From: Parasitella parasitica NRRL 2501
Taxonomy: Eukaryota > Fungi > Mucoromycota
Assembly: GCA_025201805.1 (NCBI GenBank)
Contig: MU619237.1
Span: forward strand, 365,552-429,551
DNA length: 64,000 nt
Direction: 5' to 3'
The notes under the pieces are model-generated. The model ran no database searches. It saw only the letters and a list, made by a program, of their open reading frames with translations, and was not told the origin of the DNA. Position 1 is the first letter of the stretch. The number at the start of each line of letters is the position of its first letter. Below are positions 24,491-37,765 of this stretch, in pieces. The position numbers and the translations under genes were made by a program.

Positions 24491-27010
24491 TCAAAGATGC
24501 CCAAGAGTATCGACGAGGCTATTGACCTGATCAACATTAGGAATATAAAAGTGTGCTTCAGTTTGCTTCTTTCCGACAGTGGATGTGATAGCTTGCGGGA
24601 TTTCATTCAGAAGCGAAAAAACAACCTCATCAGTCTTGCCATCGCCAATACACAAAATAAAGTCAATTGTGGGAAGATCCAGGTCCTTGAGAATGTTACG
24701 GACAGCAGTAGACTTGTCAATTGAAGAGGGACGAAGCTCTAAAGTCTTGTTACCGAGAACAATGGAAAGAGCCATATGGCTCAGCAACTTTTCTAGATTG
24801 ACCTGCAACTCTGTCGCTTGCCACGAGCCAAATTCAGGATCGGCATTGCGATAGTGCCATGTCAAGTTGATCTCCTTTTCTTCGATGAACGAACCAGGCG
24901 TACGTTCGGTATAATGCTGGAAGAGCGGGCGGATGGTTTCTTTCCAGCTAGGATCAACTTGCTCCACAAGGCAGTACCACTTGTTGTCCTCCTCCTTGAT
25001 CAGCTTACCTTCGTTGGATGCTGCGACAGGATTGATTTTGTCGCGAATGTTGGCAGGATGTTTGTAGAAACAGCCATGCTCGGCAGAAAGACCTACACCT
25101 GTTGATTCAAACCAGCTGTCCAAATGGTGACGGGAACGGCCAGACAAAATGTAAACGTATGTGTCAGGTTGCTCGGCCAATGTCTTTAAATGGCCCAACA
25201 CAGTTTGGGAAGGCTTTGCAAACTCGGGCAACTTATGAGTGGTAGTCAGCGTACCGTCATAATCGAGCAAAACCAGCTTCTTCTTGCCAGCAGCCCTGGC
25301 CTTGGCGATCACGGCCTTGGAGTCTAGTTGAGGAATAGACATACGTTGGCCAAACTCCTCGCTTACACGTCTAAGCTCATTGACAAAACTGACGCCCCAA
25401 TAGGCAGCAGTATACTTGGTAACATAGCGATACAGCTTTTGGTGGTTGGCCTTGCGAATGTCATCGGGCATGGTAACAGCCTCATGGATTGCATTAGCCA
25501 GCTCTTCCGTGTTCCAGGGGTTCACAATGATGGAGCCATTCAACGATTGGGCGGCACCGGCAAATTCAGAGAGGATCAAAACACCATGCTTCTCTTGCTG
25601 AGAAGAAATGTACTCGTAAGAGACCAGATTCATGCCATCACGAGTGGAAGAAACGAGACAGACGTCAGCAGCAGCGTAAAGAGCAACCAGCTCATCAAAA
25701 GGAATGGAGCGATGCATAAAGTGGATAGGCACAAATTCAACAGTGCCGTATTGACCATTGATACGTCCCACCAGCTCATTGATGGTGCTTCTCAGCTGCT
25801 GATACTCTTCGACATCTTCACGAGACGGAATAGCGAGTTGAACAAGCACGACCTTACCGACCCATTCAGGATGCTGGCTGAGGAAAACCTCCATAGCGTG
25901 CATCTTTTGGGGAACACCCTTGATGTAATCAAGACGATCTACACCTACAATCACCTTGCAATCACCGAATCTATTCTTTAGCTGCTGGATACGGTTTTGG
26001 ATCTTGTCCTCCTTCAAGGCATCCGTGAACTTTTCGGGGTCTATGCCGATCGGGAAAGTGCCGACGTGGATATATCGTCCTTCGAATTCAACGCCGTTTG
26101 GCATCGTAGACAGGCCCAGGATGCGGGTGCATGAAGACAGGAAATGACGAGCGTAGTCATAGGTGTGGAAGCCCAGTAGATCACTTTCCAGAACGCCCAA
26201 TAAAATCTCTTTGCGCACAGGCAAAATTCTGTCTATTTGTTAGCACATCACTATTGACCAATTAACGACATAACTGCTGGTTTTTTTTCATATTTACCTG
26301 TAAATTTCACTGCTAGGGAAGGGAGTGTGCAGAAACCAGCCGATCTTGACGTTTTTCTTGGTCATCTTTCTAAGCAGAGAAGGCAGCAGCATTAAATGGT
26401 AATCCTGGATCCAAACAAGATCGCCATCTTGGACAATCTTTGCAATCGCTTCGGCAAATAAACCATTGACCTTTTGATACGCTTCCCACCATTCCTCGTT
26501 GAAAGAAATTTCTCCCGGGTGGTAATGGAAAAGAGGCCAAAGAATACTAGGAAAAGACAGACATTAGATGTCTGGGGGGGACGCGTGTATAAATACGCTT
26601 ATATACACAAAAAGAAAGAAGGAAAAAGCTTACCTATTTGAGAAACCGTTGTAATGCAAATCAGCCAAATCGTTGTCGACAAAAACGGGCATGGTTGAGG
26701 TTTCATTCAGTAGTCTTTCTTCAAGACCCTTTTTGTCTTCAGCGGGGACATTCAAACCTTAAAAAATGCAGAGCATGTAAATTACAAGCAAACAGCTAGA
26801 ATTTGAACTAAACGTACCAGGCCAGCCAATCCAGGTAAACGACATCATTTTCTTCAGTCCACTCAATCCAGTAACCAGCCCACCAGAAGACATTTTGAAG
26901 TCGTATTGGCCTGTCTTTTGATCCTTGTTCACAGTGACAGGCAGTCTGTTGGAAACAACCAACAAACGAAGATTTTTGTCGTTTTTAGCTACTGTGTTAT
27001 CTGCAGACAT
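24491..27010 (-). CDS. TPS1: Trehalose-6-phosphate synthase with a fused HAD phosphatase domain
   Basis: VSNRLP, SSGGLV, HYNGFSNSILWPLFHY, HTPFPSSEIY, DRLDYIKGVPQK, RDGMNLVSYEY; C-terminal LLDYDGTL, LSGR, LSAEHG, CIGDGKTDE. Confidence 0.93.
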
Positions 27011-28358
27011 GTCTGAAAAAAAAATCGGTTGAGTTGTGTGTATGGGAAGGGCCGTGTTGTTGTGACCAGAAAACTCACCTATTGTTTTGGTTTTTTTTCA
27101 ATTGTATGTACAAGAGAAGAAGAGAAAAGAAAAAAGCAATGCACTTTTTTTTTGAGTTTTTAATCCTAAAAGATAGGATCATTTGATAAAAAAGCAGGTA
27201 TTCAGAATGATTATTTCATTGGATGGCCGTTTCAAATAATGACATATTGAGAGACGAAATTTCTATATTGAAGCGTGGTGTAGGGGTCTTCATAATCGGC
27301 TATTTAAAATACGTTTTGTTGCATTGACGATACAATTACGTATTGATCAAGGTCGTTGTATCCATTATAAAGACGAGTTTTTGCACTATGGCAAAAGCGA
27401 GGAACTACAACTTGAGAAAGTAATCTGATGACCGAAAAGAGCCCGTGTCGAGTCATTTTATTATTCCATTGATAAACCCAAAAGCTGTCTGCGTAAACGT
27501 CGACATGTATTACACAACCAATTTTTATTTTATTTTTTTCGGTTTCGGAACTACTTTTTTTTTTTTTNNNNNNNNNNNNNNNNNNNNNNNNNNNNNNNNN
27601 NNNNNNNGAATCCCTCTAGAATAAAGTACTTCCCAGAACGTTTTGACATGGCAAAATGGCCAAGTGCCTGAACAACGAAAATAAAGAGGGAAAGATCCAA
27701 CACCGAGGAATAAAGCGTGGTGAACAAAAATTCCTCGACAGTGAAACTATTCACGGCAAAGTCTGTGCTATTATGGCTCTTCAGCAGGGCAGCCAAAGTG
27801 TTTCTCAATGGCGTCGCCGGAATTTTTAGCCTTAACAGGAGTACAGTTATATATTCATCGTGTGATTCCAGCTTTTCGGGCAATCGTGTCTGGTGCTTTT
27901 GAAAGCGTTGTCAAAGTAAATGAGGAGCAATGCTTTTTCTTTGACACTCAAATTTATTGGTGTGCAATGTCAGCAGAGCCAGAGACATATATGGCGCAAA
28001 AGATAAAAAAAGAAACGTGCACAGCTTGATTTAAATAGGATTACCTACTGATATCGTCATCTATCTGTTTAGCTAATCAATAAATGTATATCATTATAGA
28101 TCAAGCCATCTTGTGGAACATCAAACAAAAAAAAGCAATTCCCGTTCCTAAGCATGTCTACATACGTAACCAGCCTGAGGATTCAAGGTGCATCTCTCGA
28201 ATAAAAGATGATGGTGCCAATCCAGCACGGCAGCTTGCCCTTGTATTACAGGAAATGGAGTTCCAACTGCTTCATTGTTGCATTCTTCGAGGGTTAAGCC
28301 ACTATAATTATGTAACTTTTTTTTTTCTTTTTTTTTTTTTATAGTAGATGGTACAGAT

Positions 28359-29435
28359 ATGTCTGAACAACCTGCTGAAAAACGACCAGGACCTGATACC
28401 GAGCATAGTAAGCCGGTAAAAAAGCAAAAGAAAGACAGTGATACCATCCCAATTCTTCGCGGTCGCTTCAAACAAAGATGGTTGACAAAGCACTCCCACT
28501 TGCTAAAGCGCTCAAATGATGCTAGTGGTATTTTGGTATCTTGCAATGTTAATGCGGAAACTCGGGCTCTGGGCCAAGTTTCTACCTGTTTGGAGCATTA
28601 CATTACAAAGCTATTTCCTGATCATTCAAGCACTTGGGTTAGATTTGAGGGCAAGCTTGATATTGATCAGATCGATTTTGAAAAGCAAGAAGAGGAGGAT
28701 GAAGAACAAAAAGAAATCGAAAAATCAGTTGAAAAAGAGCGCAAGGAAAAGAAATTTCAAGCCGTCGATGCTGCTTGTGGTGGGATTGTGTTTTATAGAT
28801 TTAGAATCAATGTCAAACCTACAGATTTCGTGCTCACGTTGATGGGCAAGTTTGAATACTTTAGACGTTTCCTGCATAGACTATTAACACCTATCCGCAC
28901 ATATTATAGAGTACATTAAGCAATTGCCTGACAAAGAAAAGGCACAAGAATTGGGAAAGCTTCGCCATTGTTCTGTAATGTGAATTCGATAATTTTGAGC
29001 AATTTCAGCATGTATTGACACGGTTTACATTTATGCAGAGATGGATTCCCTTGGACTATATTTGTCCTGCTACCACAGAACGAATTAGCTCCTGCTTTGA
29101 ACGAGTCAAGGCAGATTTTTTTGATACGAAGGGGGAGACAACAGATGAGACAGTAGCAATTATGACTGAAATCCGTAACAACATCATGATCAGCAAGGAG
29201 GAAATCATCCAAACAGTTGCTCCACTCATACCACCAAAATACAAGTAAATCGTTTGACCAATGAACAAAGAGTCATAATCCCACTAACACGTTTATTTGG
29301 TTGTTTAGAGTCAATCTCAAACAACCTACCTATGTGATCTTGGTCACTGTTTTCAAGAGTGCGTGTGGAATTGCAGTGTTGAAAGATTATTACGAGAAAA
29401 AGAAATACAATCTAGTGGCCTACTGCCAACAATAG
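28359..29435 (+). CDS. THUMP-domain protein (Tan1/THUMPD1-like; 4 exons)
   Basis: GILVSCN, FQAVDAAC, RFTFMQRWIPLDYIC, IRNN, KVNLKQPTYVILVTVFKSACGIAVLKDYYEKKKYNL. Confidence 0.85.
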
Positions 29436-30343
29436 CTGCACTCGATAAGCTTTTCTGACAGAGTTGAAACAGACCATAGAGTATCCATTCTATTAATCGT
29501 CATTAGAACACGCCGTATATATATATATATATGCATATATAAAAGAAACCTCTTGTGCCTCAATCAACTCTTGAATAGTAATCACGTCTTCTATCAGTTC
29601 TTCATTTTGCAAAAGAAACGAGCGAAATACGCCGGGCAAAACCCCACATTCGATCTTGGGTGTCTTCCAAATATATCTACCATCGACTACGAACCGAACA
29701 GCAATGTTCGTGATGCTTGTTTCCGTAACATTCCCCTCCTTATTCCATAACACGACATCAAAAGGCTCGTGTGCAGGTGCATGCCAATCGCAGTGCGTTC
29801 TTTCCCTCGAAAGATTATACATATCACGTCGGGTTGTCTTGTGCACAACAAATGGATCATTTGTTGCTAAATCGAAAGGTTTAGTGTCCAAAACAATGCT
29901 GACGTTAGTGGTTGAAGCAGCAGCCTCCTCTAGGGATTCATAGGAGGATACGGGCGTTGGCAATTGTGTGTGCTCTACTGTTATATTTGAGTCTGTGTCC
30001 ACTAGCAATCTCACCTAGTGGTGTGCGTGTCAGCAAGATAATTTGGAAATGGTAATCAATTTGTATGTATTACACGTTGGTAGGCTCCATTCTTTGGCAC
30101 GTTACTGTTCAAGTGATCAATAATGGCTTGAGTTGACAAGTTTTTCTGAAACAAAGTTGAATCCAGCTTCTGAAAGTCTTCGATAGCATTTTGAAGCCTG
30201 CGTAAATGTTGTTCTAAGAGATAAAATCCTACCCCAGCAAATATTAACCATTTTCGTTCCTTTGTGTGTGTGTGTGTAGTATTCATACCATTGTCAGGTT
30301 CGTATAAAATCGTCTCTAACAATTCAAAGCTACTGTTGCTCAT
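29412..30343 (-). CDS. Class IV aminotransferase-fold protein, aminodeoxychorismate lyase (Abz2-like)
   Basis: FELLETILY, YLLEQHLRRL, HKTTRRDMY, VVLWNKEGNVTETSITN, WKTPKIECGVLPGVFR, CFNSVR. Confidence 0.85.
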
Positions 30344-31457
30344 TTGTGAAAAAAAGAATGTCTGCAAAATTCAAAATCGCCTATTTAATAGGAATTGTTT
30401 GCCAAATAGACCATAAAAACACTTGAAATAACACTAAAACGTATAATTTTTTGCAGTTAAACTTATTTTATAACTGCATTTGACTTTTCTGGATCTCTTT
30501 CTTGCATTTAATAGGCATTGTTGCACTGTTTGGAACCCGTTTAGAATATAGAACCTTGATTCTACACTTACCGCGGTATTTGAAATCCTACGTTTCATGA
30601 TTCCATGAAAAACTGGCAAAATATGAAGACTTGTCAAGTACTCTGTAAAACATATAGTAAGTATCCTATGTCTACTAATAAAAGTTGGCACCAAATTTGA
30701 TGCTCTTTCTGGTAAGGTAGTTTTTGTAGCTTTTTTTGTGCAAAAAAGTGCTCTATCAAAGAATTTTCAAAATTAGGTTTTTCGCAAATAAGTTTAGTTT
30801 TTATATTATGAAATTTTTGTTTTATATTTTGGAATGATAGCCGGCTTCAACAGCTATGTTTTCTGTGGTTTTGCGGATTCGTAGCTATGTTTTTCGTCGA
30901 ACAACAACAACTTTTTCCTAAAAACGAATTTCGGGTCGACCAATGGTAAGGCCTGAAGCGTCTTTTTTTGATGAAAAATCAACCATTTTTTTTGTCTGTA
31001 AAAACTACCTAGATATATTAAACTAGTAAAAATAGCACGATTGCACTTAGAAACTAGTGTTTGGAAAGCCCTCTATCTCGAGATAATGGTTGATTTATGT
31101 GCCTGATCACAATGCTGAAACTCAATTCTCAACAGCAGACATCTGCTGCAAAAGGTGCTTTTTTTTTTGTGGGAAAAAAATGCTGTTATAAAACACAATT
31201 GATTATTGTATTCTGCTGATCCTTTTAATTTTTAAGGAGCATTTTACTTTGCGCAAGACTATACATTTGATAAAATTATGCATTTTTACTGCCATGCTGT
31301 TTGAATAACCGATTGTTCGGATTGTTTGGTGACTTTTTAGGCAGCCAAAGGAGAGGAAAAAAAAAAGGGGGGTGGGGGTGAAGGCGCAAGGAATACAGTG
31401 AATCCAAGCAAGCGTAGTCGATGAATCCTCCTCTTTTTCGTACATCCGATCATTAAT

Positions 31458-32484
31458 ATGGTATGTAATGTCATGGCAAATCTACAAAATCAACTGTAAT
31501 ATGATGTATGGGTTCGATGGATAGATGGATGTGTGGATGTATGGATGTGTGGATGTGGGAAGGGAGGGCCTATACGGACAGACAGACCAGGCAGATAGAT
31601 AGGACTGCTCGCACCATACATCATAACAGTGTACAGATTGAAGCACTATGGATAATTTCGTATTAAATACATGTTGCATGCTATAGGCTCCCACCAAGAA
31701 GACCACTGGTAAGAAGGTTGCTCCTTCTCCTTATGCTGTCAAGGGAAAGCAAACTGGCAAGACTGCTGCCAACCCTTTGATTGAAAAGACCCCCAAGAAC
31801 TTTGGTGTCGGTCAAGATGTCCAACCCAAGCGCGATGTCTCTCGCTTTGTCAAGTGGCCCCACTATGTTAAGCTTCAACGCCAAAAGAAGATCATCTACC
31901 AACGTCTCAAGGTCCCTCCTGCTCTTAACCAATTCACTCAAGTTTTGGACAAGAACACTGCTACCCAAGTCTTCAAGTTGATGCACAAGTACAGACCTGA
32001 ATCCAAGAACGAGAAGCGCAATCGTCTCCGCGCTGCTGCCCTTGCCAAGTCTGAGAAGAAGGAAGTTGCCAAGACTGACAAGCCCGTTGTCATCAAGTAT
32101 GGTATCAACCACATCACTGCTTTGGTTGAAGCCAAGAAGGCTCAATTGGTCGTCATTGCTGACGATGTTGACCCTATTGAGTTGGTTCTCTGGCTCCCCG
32201 CTCTCTGCCGTAAGATGGGCGTCCCTTACTGTATCATCAAGGGTAAAGCCCGTCTCGGTACTCTCGTCCACAAGAAGACTGCCACTGCTCTTGCTTTGAC
32301 CGAAGTCTCCGAAGCTGATAAGGCCGAGTTAGCTACTATTGTCTCTGCTGTCAACACCAACTTTACTGAGAAGTGGGAGGATGTCCGTCGTCACTGGGGT
32401 GGTGGCATCATGGGTCCCAAGTCCAACGCCAAGATGGCCAAGCGTGCTGCCATTGCTGCCAAGGAAATCGCTGCTCGTCAATAA
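31458..32484 (+). CDS. RPL8: 60S ribosomal protein eL8 (L7a/L8); ATG-only first exon plus 226-nt intron
   Basis: [30 protein letters not shown]...[28 protein letters not shown]; strong codon bias. Confidence 0.98.
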
Positions 32485-32892
32485 ATTCTTTCGCTGTTTC
32501 TTTGAATTCAGTCATGTTATGATTTAGTAGCCTATCTATTAATTATCATTGCAATAAAATCTATACTCTATATATGATGTTGATTGCTGTATCATGCAAA
32601 TAAACCCGGAATTTAGCCGGAATTTTGACGTGCCAGAATCAAAGTAATTGAAAACAACATATGGCATATATATGTATAATTCTGAAACGAGGTAAAAAGT
32701 GGATCAAGCTCCCATTTATCCTTTTTTCTTTTCACTGTTCTCCTTTTTTTCTTGTTTTTTTTCCCTCTTGGGTATGCGTCTCCTCTTCGTCTGCTCTCCT
32801 TTTTCACAAAATAATAGTAACAATAATAAGTCGCCATTCTACAAAAAAAAAAAAAAAACCCTTATCCCTTCTTCCCCTTTTGTACAATTTAT

Positions 32893-33350
32893 ATGATTCA
32901 AGATAAAAACCAATCTGAAAGAAATAGTGGGGCATCGTATTCAGCTGTTGGCATTTCAAGTGGTGGCATTGTCAGCCGAGCTGTAACTGCAGCAACAGCC
33001 AATAGTCTGGAACGAAGGTCAACCCAATCATCTTTAGGAAGACGAGCTTCAAAGCAATATTCTGTATCGGTATTTTATTCAATCGCCACTGAACAAGATG
33101 TTGAAATCGAAGATGAACTCGCAAACGGTACAGTACATTACCCATATAATGTCATGAATACAAACATGTCGTTGATATTCGTGTAGTACAAAAAACCTTA
33201 CGTGAATTAAAAAACAACATTTCAACGCAATCGAAAAATAACTTTTTGTTGGAAAGAGATGTGCGATTTCTGGATTCCCGAATAGCATTGCTGATTCAAA
33301 ACCGAATGGCACTAGACGAGGTATATATACATGGAGACAGAGACAGAGAC

Positions 33351-33389
<39 letters not shown>

Positions 33390-35889
33390 TCTGCGTAGGG
33401 TTAAAGTCTTAATAAGAGAGACGCTGATAACTACTGTATATAGACAAAACATCAGAGCGAGTGCACAAACCAATTGGAAGACCACGCCGACATTTCTTCA
33501 GATCAATTTTCTGGTAATCACAAATTTCAGCATTATGGCAATCTCTTCTTTTTGCTACAAAGCGAGCCTCGCTACATCGCCTCACTCTGTCGGCTGGTGA
33601 ACCTATCAGAAATTGATACGCTACTACAAACTGTCATGTTTACACTATATGGCAATCAATACGAAAGCAGAGAAGAGAATCTGCTGTTGACTATGTTTCA
33701 GGTACGCAATTTGCTTTACGAGCTGCTGCAAGACAAGTCCTCACTGCGCATTGTTATAATGTACTTATTTAGAATGTACTGGCCGCTCAGTTCGAGGGAG
33801 CAACTGAATTTGGCTCGTTACTTCGAGCAAACACGCCTGTATCTCGCATGCTGACAACATACACCAGAAGAGGCCCGGGTCAGACTTATTTGAAAGCTGT
33901 GCTATCGAAAAAAATCAACGAACTGATCGACCAAAACGATCTGAATCTACAGATAAACCCTCTAAAAGTGTATGACGAGGTAATTGAAGAAAAGTGTAGA
34001 CTGGGCACTTTACCGCCTGGATTTATGAAGAGTGTTACTCCTGAATATGCGGCTGAAAACAGCGATGTGCAAGCAATTATTCGACCAAGACTAGAGAAGC
34101 TAATTGAAATTGCAAATGGCTTTCTGTCAACCATTATTGAGTCGCTGGAGAGTATCCCATACGGCATCCGCTGGATCTGCAAACAGATTAGATCGCTCAC
34201 CAAAAGAAAGTATCCACATGCCACAGACAGCGCCATATCTTCTCTGATAGGCGGTTTCTTCTTTCTTCGCTTCATCAACCCTGCCATCGTCACCCCACAA
34301 GCATACATGTTGATCGACTCTAATCCTGGCCCAAATCCAAGAACCACACTAACGCTGATTGCCAAAATGCTACAGAATATAGCCAACAAGCCTACGTACG
34401 CCAAAGAATCCTACATGGTACCAACAAATCCCTTTGTCGAAACAAATAAACAGCGGCTGCAGCTTTTTCTAGATGATATTTGCAAAGTTAGTGATTTTTA
34501 CGAATCATTGGAGATGGATCAATACATGGCACTTTCACGCAAAGACATTTCCATCAACATTACACTCAATGAAATGTTTAGCATGCATCTGCTACTAGAT
34601 CAGCATGTTCAGAAGCTTGCGCCTGAGCCTACACATAGACTACGCATTCTGCTGCAAGATCTGGGGCCTGTGCCAAAGCAAGTGCCTCGCAATTTAAATC
34701 GACTCATCCAACTGCCGCTGTACAGTCGTTGGGAGACAACGCCAATGATGGATGGACTGCTGCAACGACAACCACAGCAACAGAAGACAAAGGAGGAGGA
34801 AGAGGCTGAAGAGCAGCAGCAAGATACAAGCATTGCTTTTACCTCACCCGAGAACAGCATTACGCAGAACGACATTGTATATATGGAGACCAAATCAATA
34901 TTTGTGCAAATCTTAAGGTCATTACCACACACACAAAAACTGCGTACATCCAACGGCGTTTTGTTTGATTTATTGCGCATTTCAGAAGCAGCAGGCTCTG
35001 CAAAGGATCCTCAATTGGCAATCAAAGGCAGCAAGGTACGAACCATGTTAAAAGAACTGGAAGAATCTGGTATTGTGAGTCGGCGTAATGACTACGCATT
35101 CTTGGTGCAGGAAATCAAGCAAGAGTTGATTCATTTGGGCGATCTCAAAGACCGTGTGATTCTAGAGATAAAGTCTTTGGAGCAGGTATTCAAGACAATC
35201 CAGGACCACAACGACTATCTCCAGAGCCAGCTGGGGACTTACAAGGCCTATTTGCAGAACGTAAGAATGCAAAGTGCTGGTGGACCAAATGACCAGAGAG
35301 TACTTGACAGCAATAATACCTCCAATACACCAGCTTTAATTCGCCAAAACCAGCAACATCCATTCAGCGATACTACAAACACAGCAATAAAAAGAAACGC
35401 TGCAGCTTCAACACCAGTAAAAAGTAGTAACAATAAAAAAAAGCCAACTGGGCCTTTCAAATTCACACATCAACAGCTAGAAAAGGATGGCGTTATTGTC
35501 GAGTCTGAGGTACCAGAATCCCGGAAAGCTAATATATTCTTAATGATACAATCGCCTATCACCGGCACCTTTATTATATCTTTGCATTACAAAGGAAGAG
35601 AGAAACCTATACTAGAAATTGACTTGAAACTGGATGATCTTCTGGAAAAGGTAGTAGCGGATGTGAGACTTGGCAAATGTTGATTAATCACTAACCGAAT
35701 GCGCATTATTAACAGCAAAAAGAAAAGATAAAATATCTTGATCTTGAGTATGTGAAACTAAGCATAAGCAAGATTTTACAACTATTGAATAAATCGTTCA
35801 AAGGAAGAAGCAGCAGGTATTTTTACATACATCAATTACAAGAAAAATATGTTCTGATAGATTTTTACTCTAGACTTGGCTTTTTTTAA
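32893..35889 (+). CDS. Ras GTPase-activating protein (RasGAP + RasGAP_C; S. pombe Gap1-like)
   Basis: [74 protein letters not shown]. Confidence 0.92.
33333..33388. repeat. (GAGACA)n/(GA)n microsatellite in a RasGAP intron
   Basis: Seen directly. Confidence 0.9.
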
Positions 35890-36266
35890 TTAAAACTAAT
35901 TTTAATATACCTCTTTTTTATTTTCGACCATGTAACTACTTGTCTTTATATATAATATACCATTTCGTTACGGCTTTTGAAGATCTCCAACGTATTGTGT
36001 CATTTGCGCTCATAATCACATCATGTTTAAAAATTCAGGAACGGAGTATCCCTGAAGGATTCTTGGTTGCCATACATAATGGCTCAAAGAAATCTACTGA
36101 AATATTTAGGTTATCCACATTTTTTTACTTGCATTAGACGTTCTTATTTGTGGAGTAATTCATGCAAGCATTTCCTTGCATCAAGTGAGAATTCCCGCTA
36201 TTTAAAAGCAAGAAGCGGTGACAACCAGCTTCTTTTTTCTTTCCCCTTTCTTATTTCTTGAGCAGA

Positions 36267-37396
36267 ATGGATACCACTCAATATGCTGAAATATGGTCAA
36301 TAGTGTCAAATATTTTAGGTTGGGTAAGTAGAGTCTTTCTTACTATATTAGTTAATATGCTAATGAACGTAATCATCTTTAACGCAAATCAGAGCTACTT
36401 TTTGGCTTGGTCTTTTAGTTTTTACCCTCAGGTCATTTTGAACTGGCAAAGAAAAAGGTTCTTGGTTTGCACAAATTACAGAATATCAACTAATATTTTA
36501 CCAATGTATGATAGTGTGCAAGGATTGTCGATTGATTTTTTGAGCTATAATGTCCTTGGATTTTTTTGTTATTGGGTAAGTTGGCAATGTAAGCGAGCAT
36601 AAGCCTGATTTTAACAGGTGGTCACTAGGTTTTTAATATGTCGTTTTTCTTCAGTAAAGAGATACAAGATGAATGTAATGACAAAATCAACAAACCATCG
36701 CATTGATTTACAATTTTTTTTTATTTTTTATTTTTTCATTAGACAAGCAGAGGAATCAGTCAAAAGACAACCTTGTGCGTTTCAATGATGTCATGTTTGC
36801 CAGCCATGCTCTCTTGATATCGTTGTTCACATTATTCCAGACATTCTATTACAAAGTAAGTGTTGCATGCGTTAAAAAATATTCATCCATATGAATTTTA
36901 ACGCCCTGTTCCGTTGCAGAAAGACAGCACTCAAATATTATCTAGAATTGCCAAATATTTCATCATTTCATCCTTAATAGGCGCAATTGGAGCAGTCTTT
37001 ACAGTCCTTTGGAATTATGCAATGTGGATCGACTTGATGTATTATTTAAGTTACATCAAATTGATAATTAGCTTGATCAAGTATATGCCTCAAGTCTGGA
37101 TAAACTTCAAGCGTAAATCAACAATTGGATGGAGCATCCACAATATACTACTAGTTGGTTTTACAAAATTGGCAGGCCAGGTCATTCTTGTTATTGATCG
37201 CTTGAAATAGGACTGCACAGGTGGCGTACTATCCATTACTCAACTACTGCTAGACGCTTACTTGAGTGGCGACTGGAGTGGCGTTGTTGGAGTAAGTGGC
37301 CCATTGCCAATGCATCTAAATGTCAGATTACTAACTGTAAAATTGACGTCTAGAATCCTGTTAAATTGTATGTTGAGACTTCATTTGTACATGATT

Positions 37397-37483
<87 letters not shown>

Positions 37484-37694
37484 AAGATTGTCGTCTGAAA
37501 AAAAATATAGGGGTTTAGGTTTGCAATCAATTGCATTTGACGTTGTCTTTATTGTGCAGCATTATATACTCTACAGGGCTCGTCCAGATACAAAATTGCA
37601 CACTGTTGATGAAGAACGAAGACGCCTGATCATCGAAGGTGGTGTGCCTCATATTGACGGAGACGAAGACGAAGAATTTCCGGGAATAAATTAA
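36267..37694 (+). CDS. Cystinosin/Ers1 PQ-loop lysosomal cystine transporter (many short exons)
   Basis: [85 protein letters not shown]. Confidence 0.92.
37399..37480. repeat. ~80-nt poly(T) tract in a cystinosin intron
   Basis: Seen directly; length may be an assembly artefact. Confidence 0.9.
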
Positions 37695-37765
37695 GGCTTG
37701 TTTTTTCTTTGAATAAAACACCCCTTTTTCGTCACGCTCTTTATTCCCCACATATTTCAGGAAAC

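Noticed and set aside
27551-28350. Short ORFs between TPS1 and the THUMP gene
   Set aside because: No recognisable motifs, and the region abuts an assembly gap
31681-32271. 196-aa minus-strand ORF
   Set aside because: Antisense shadow of the codon-biased RPL8 CDS; the same applies to the long antisense ORFs over TPS1, glrA, MIOS, the repeat protein and the ABC transporter
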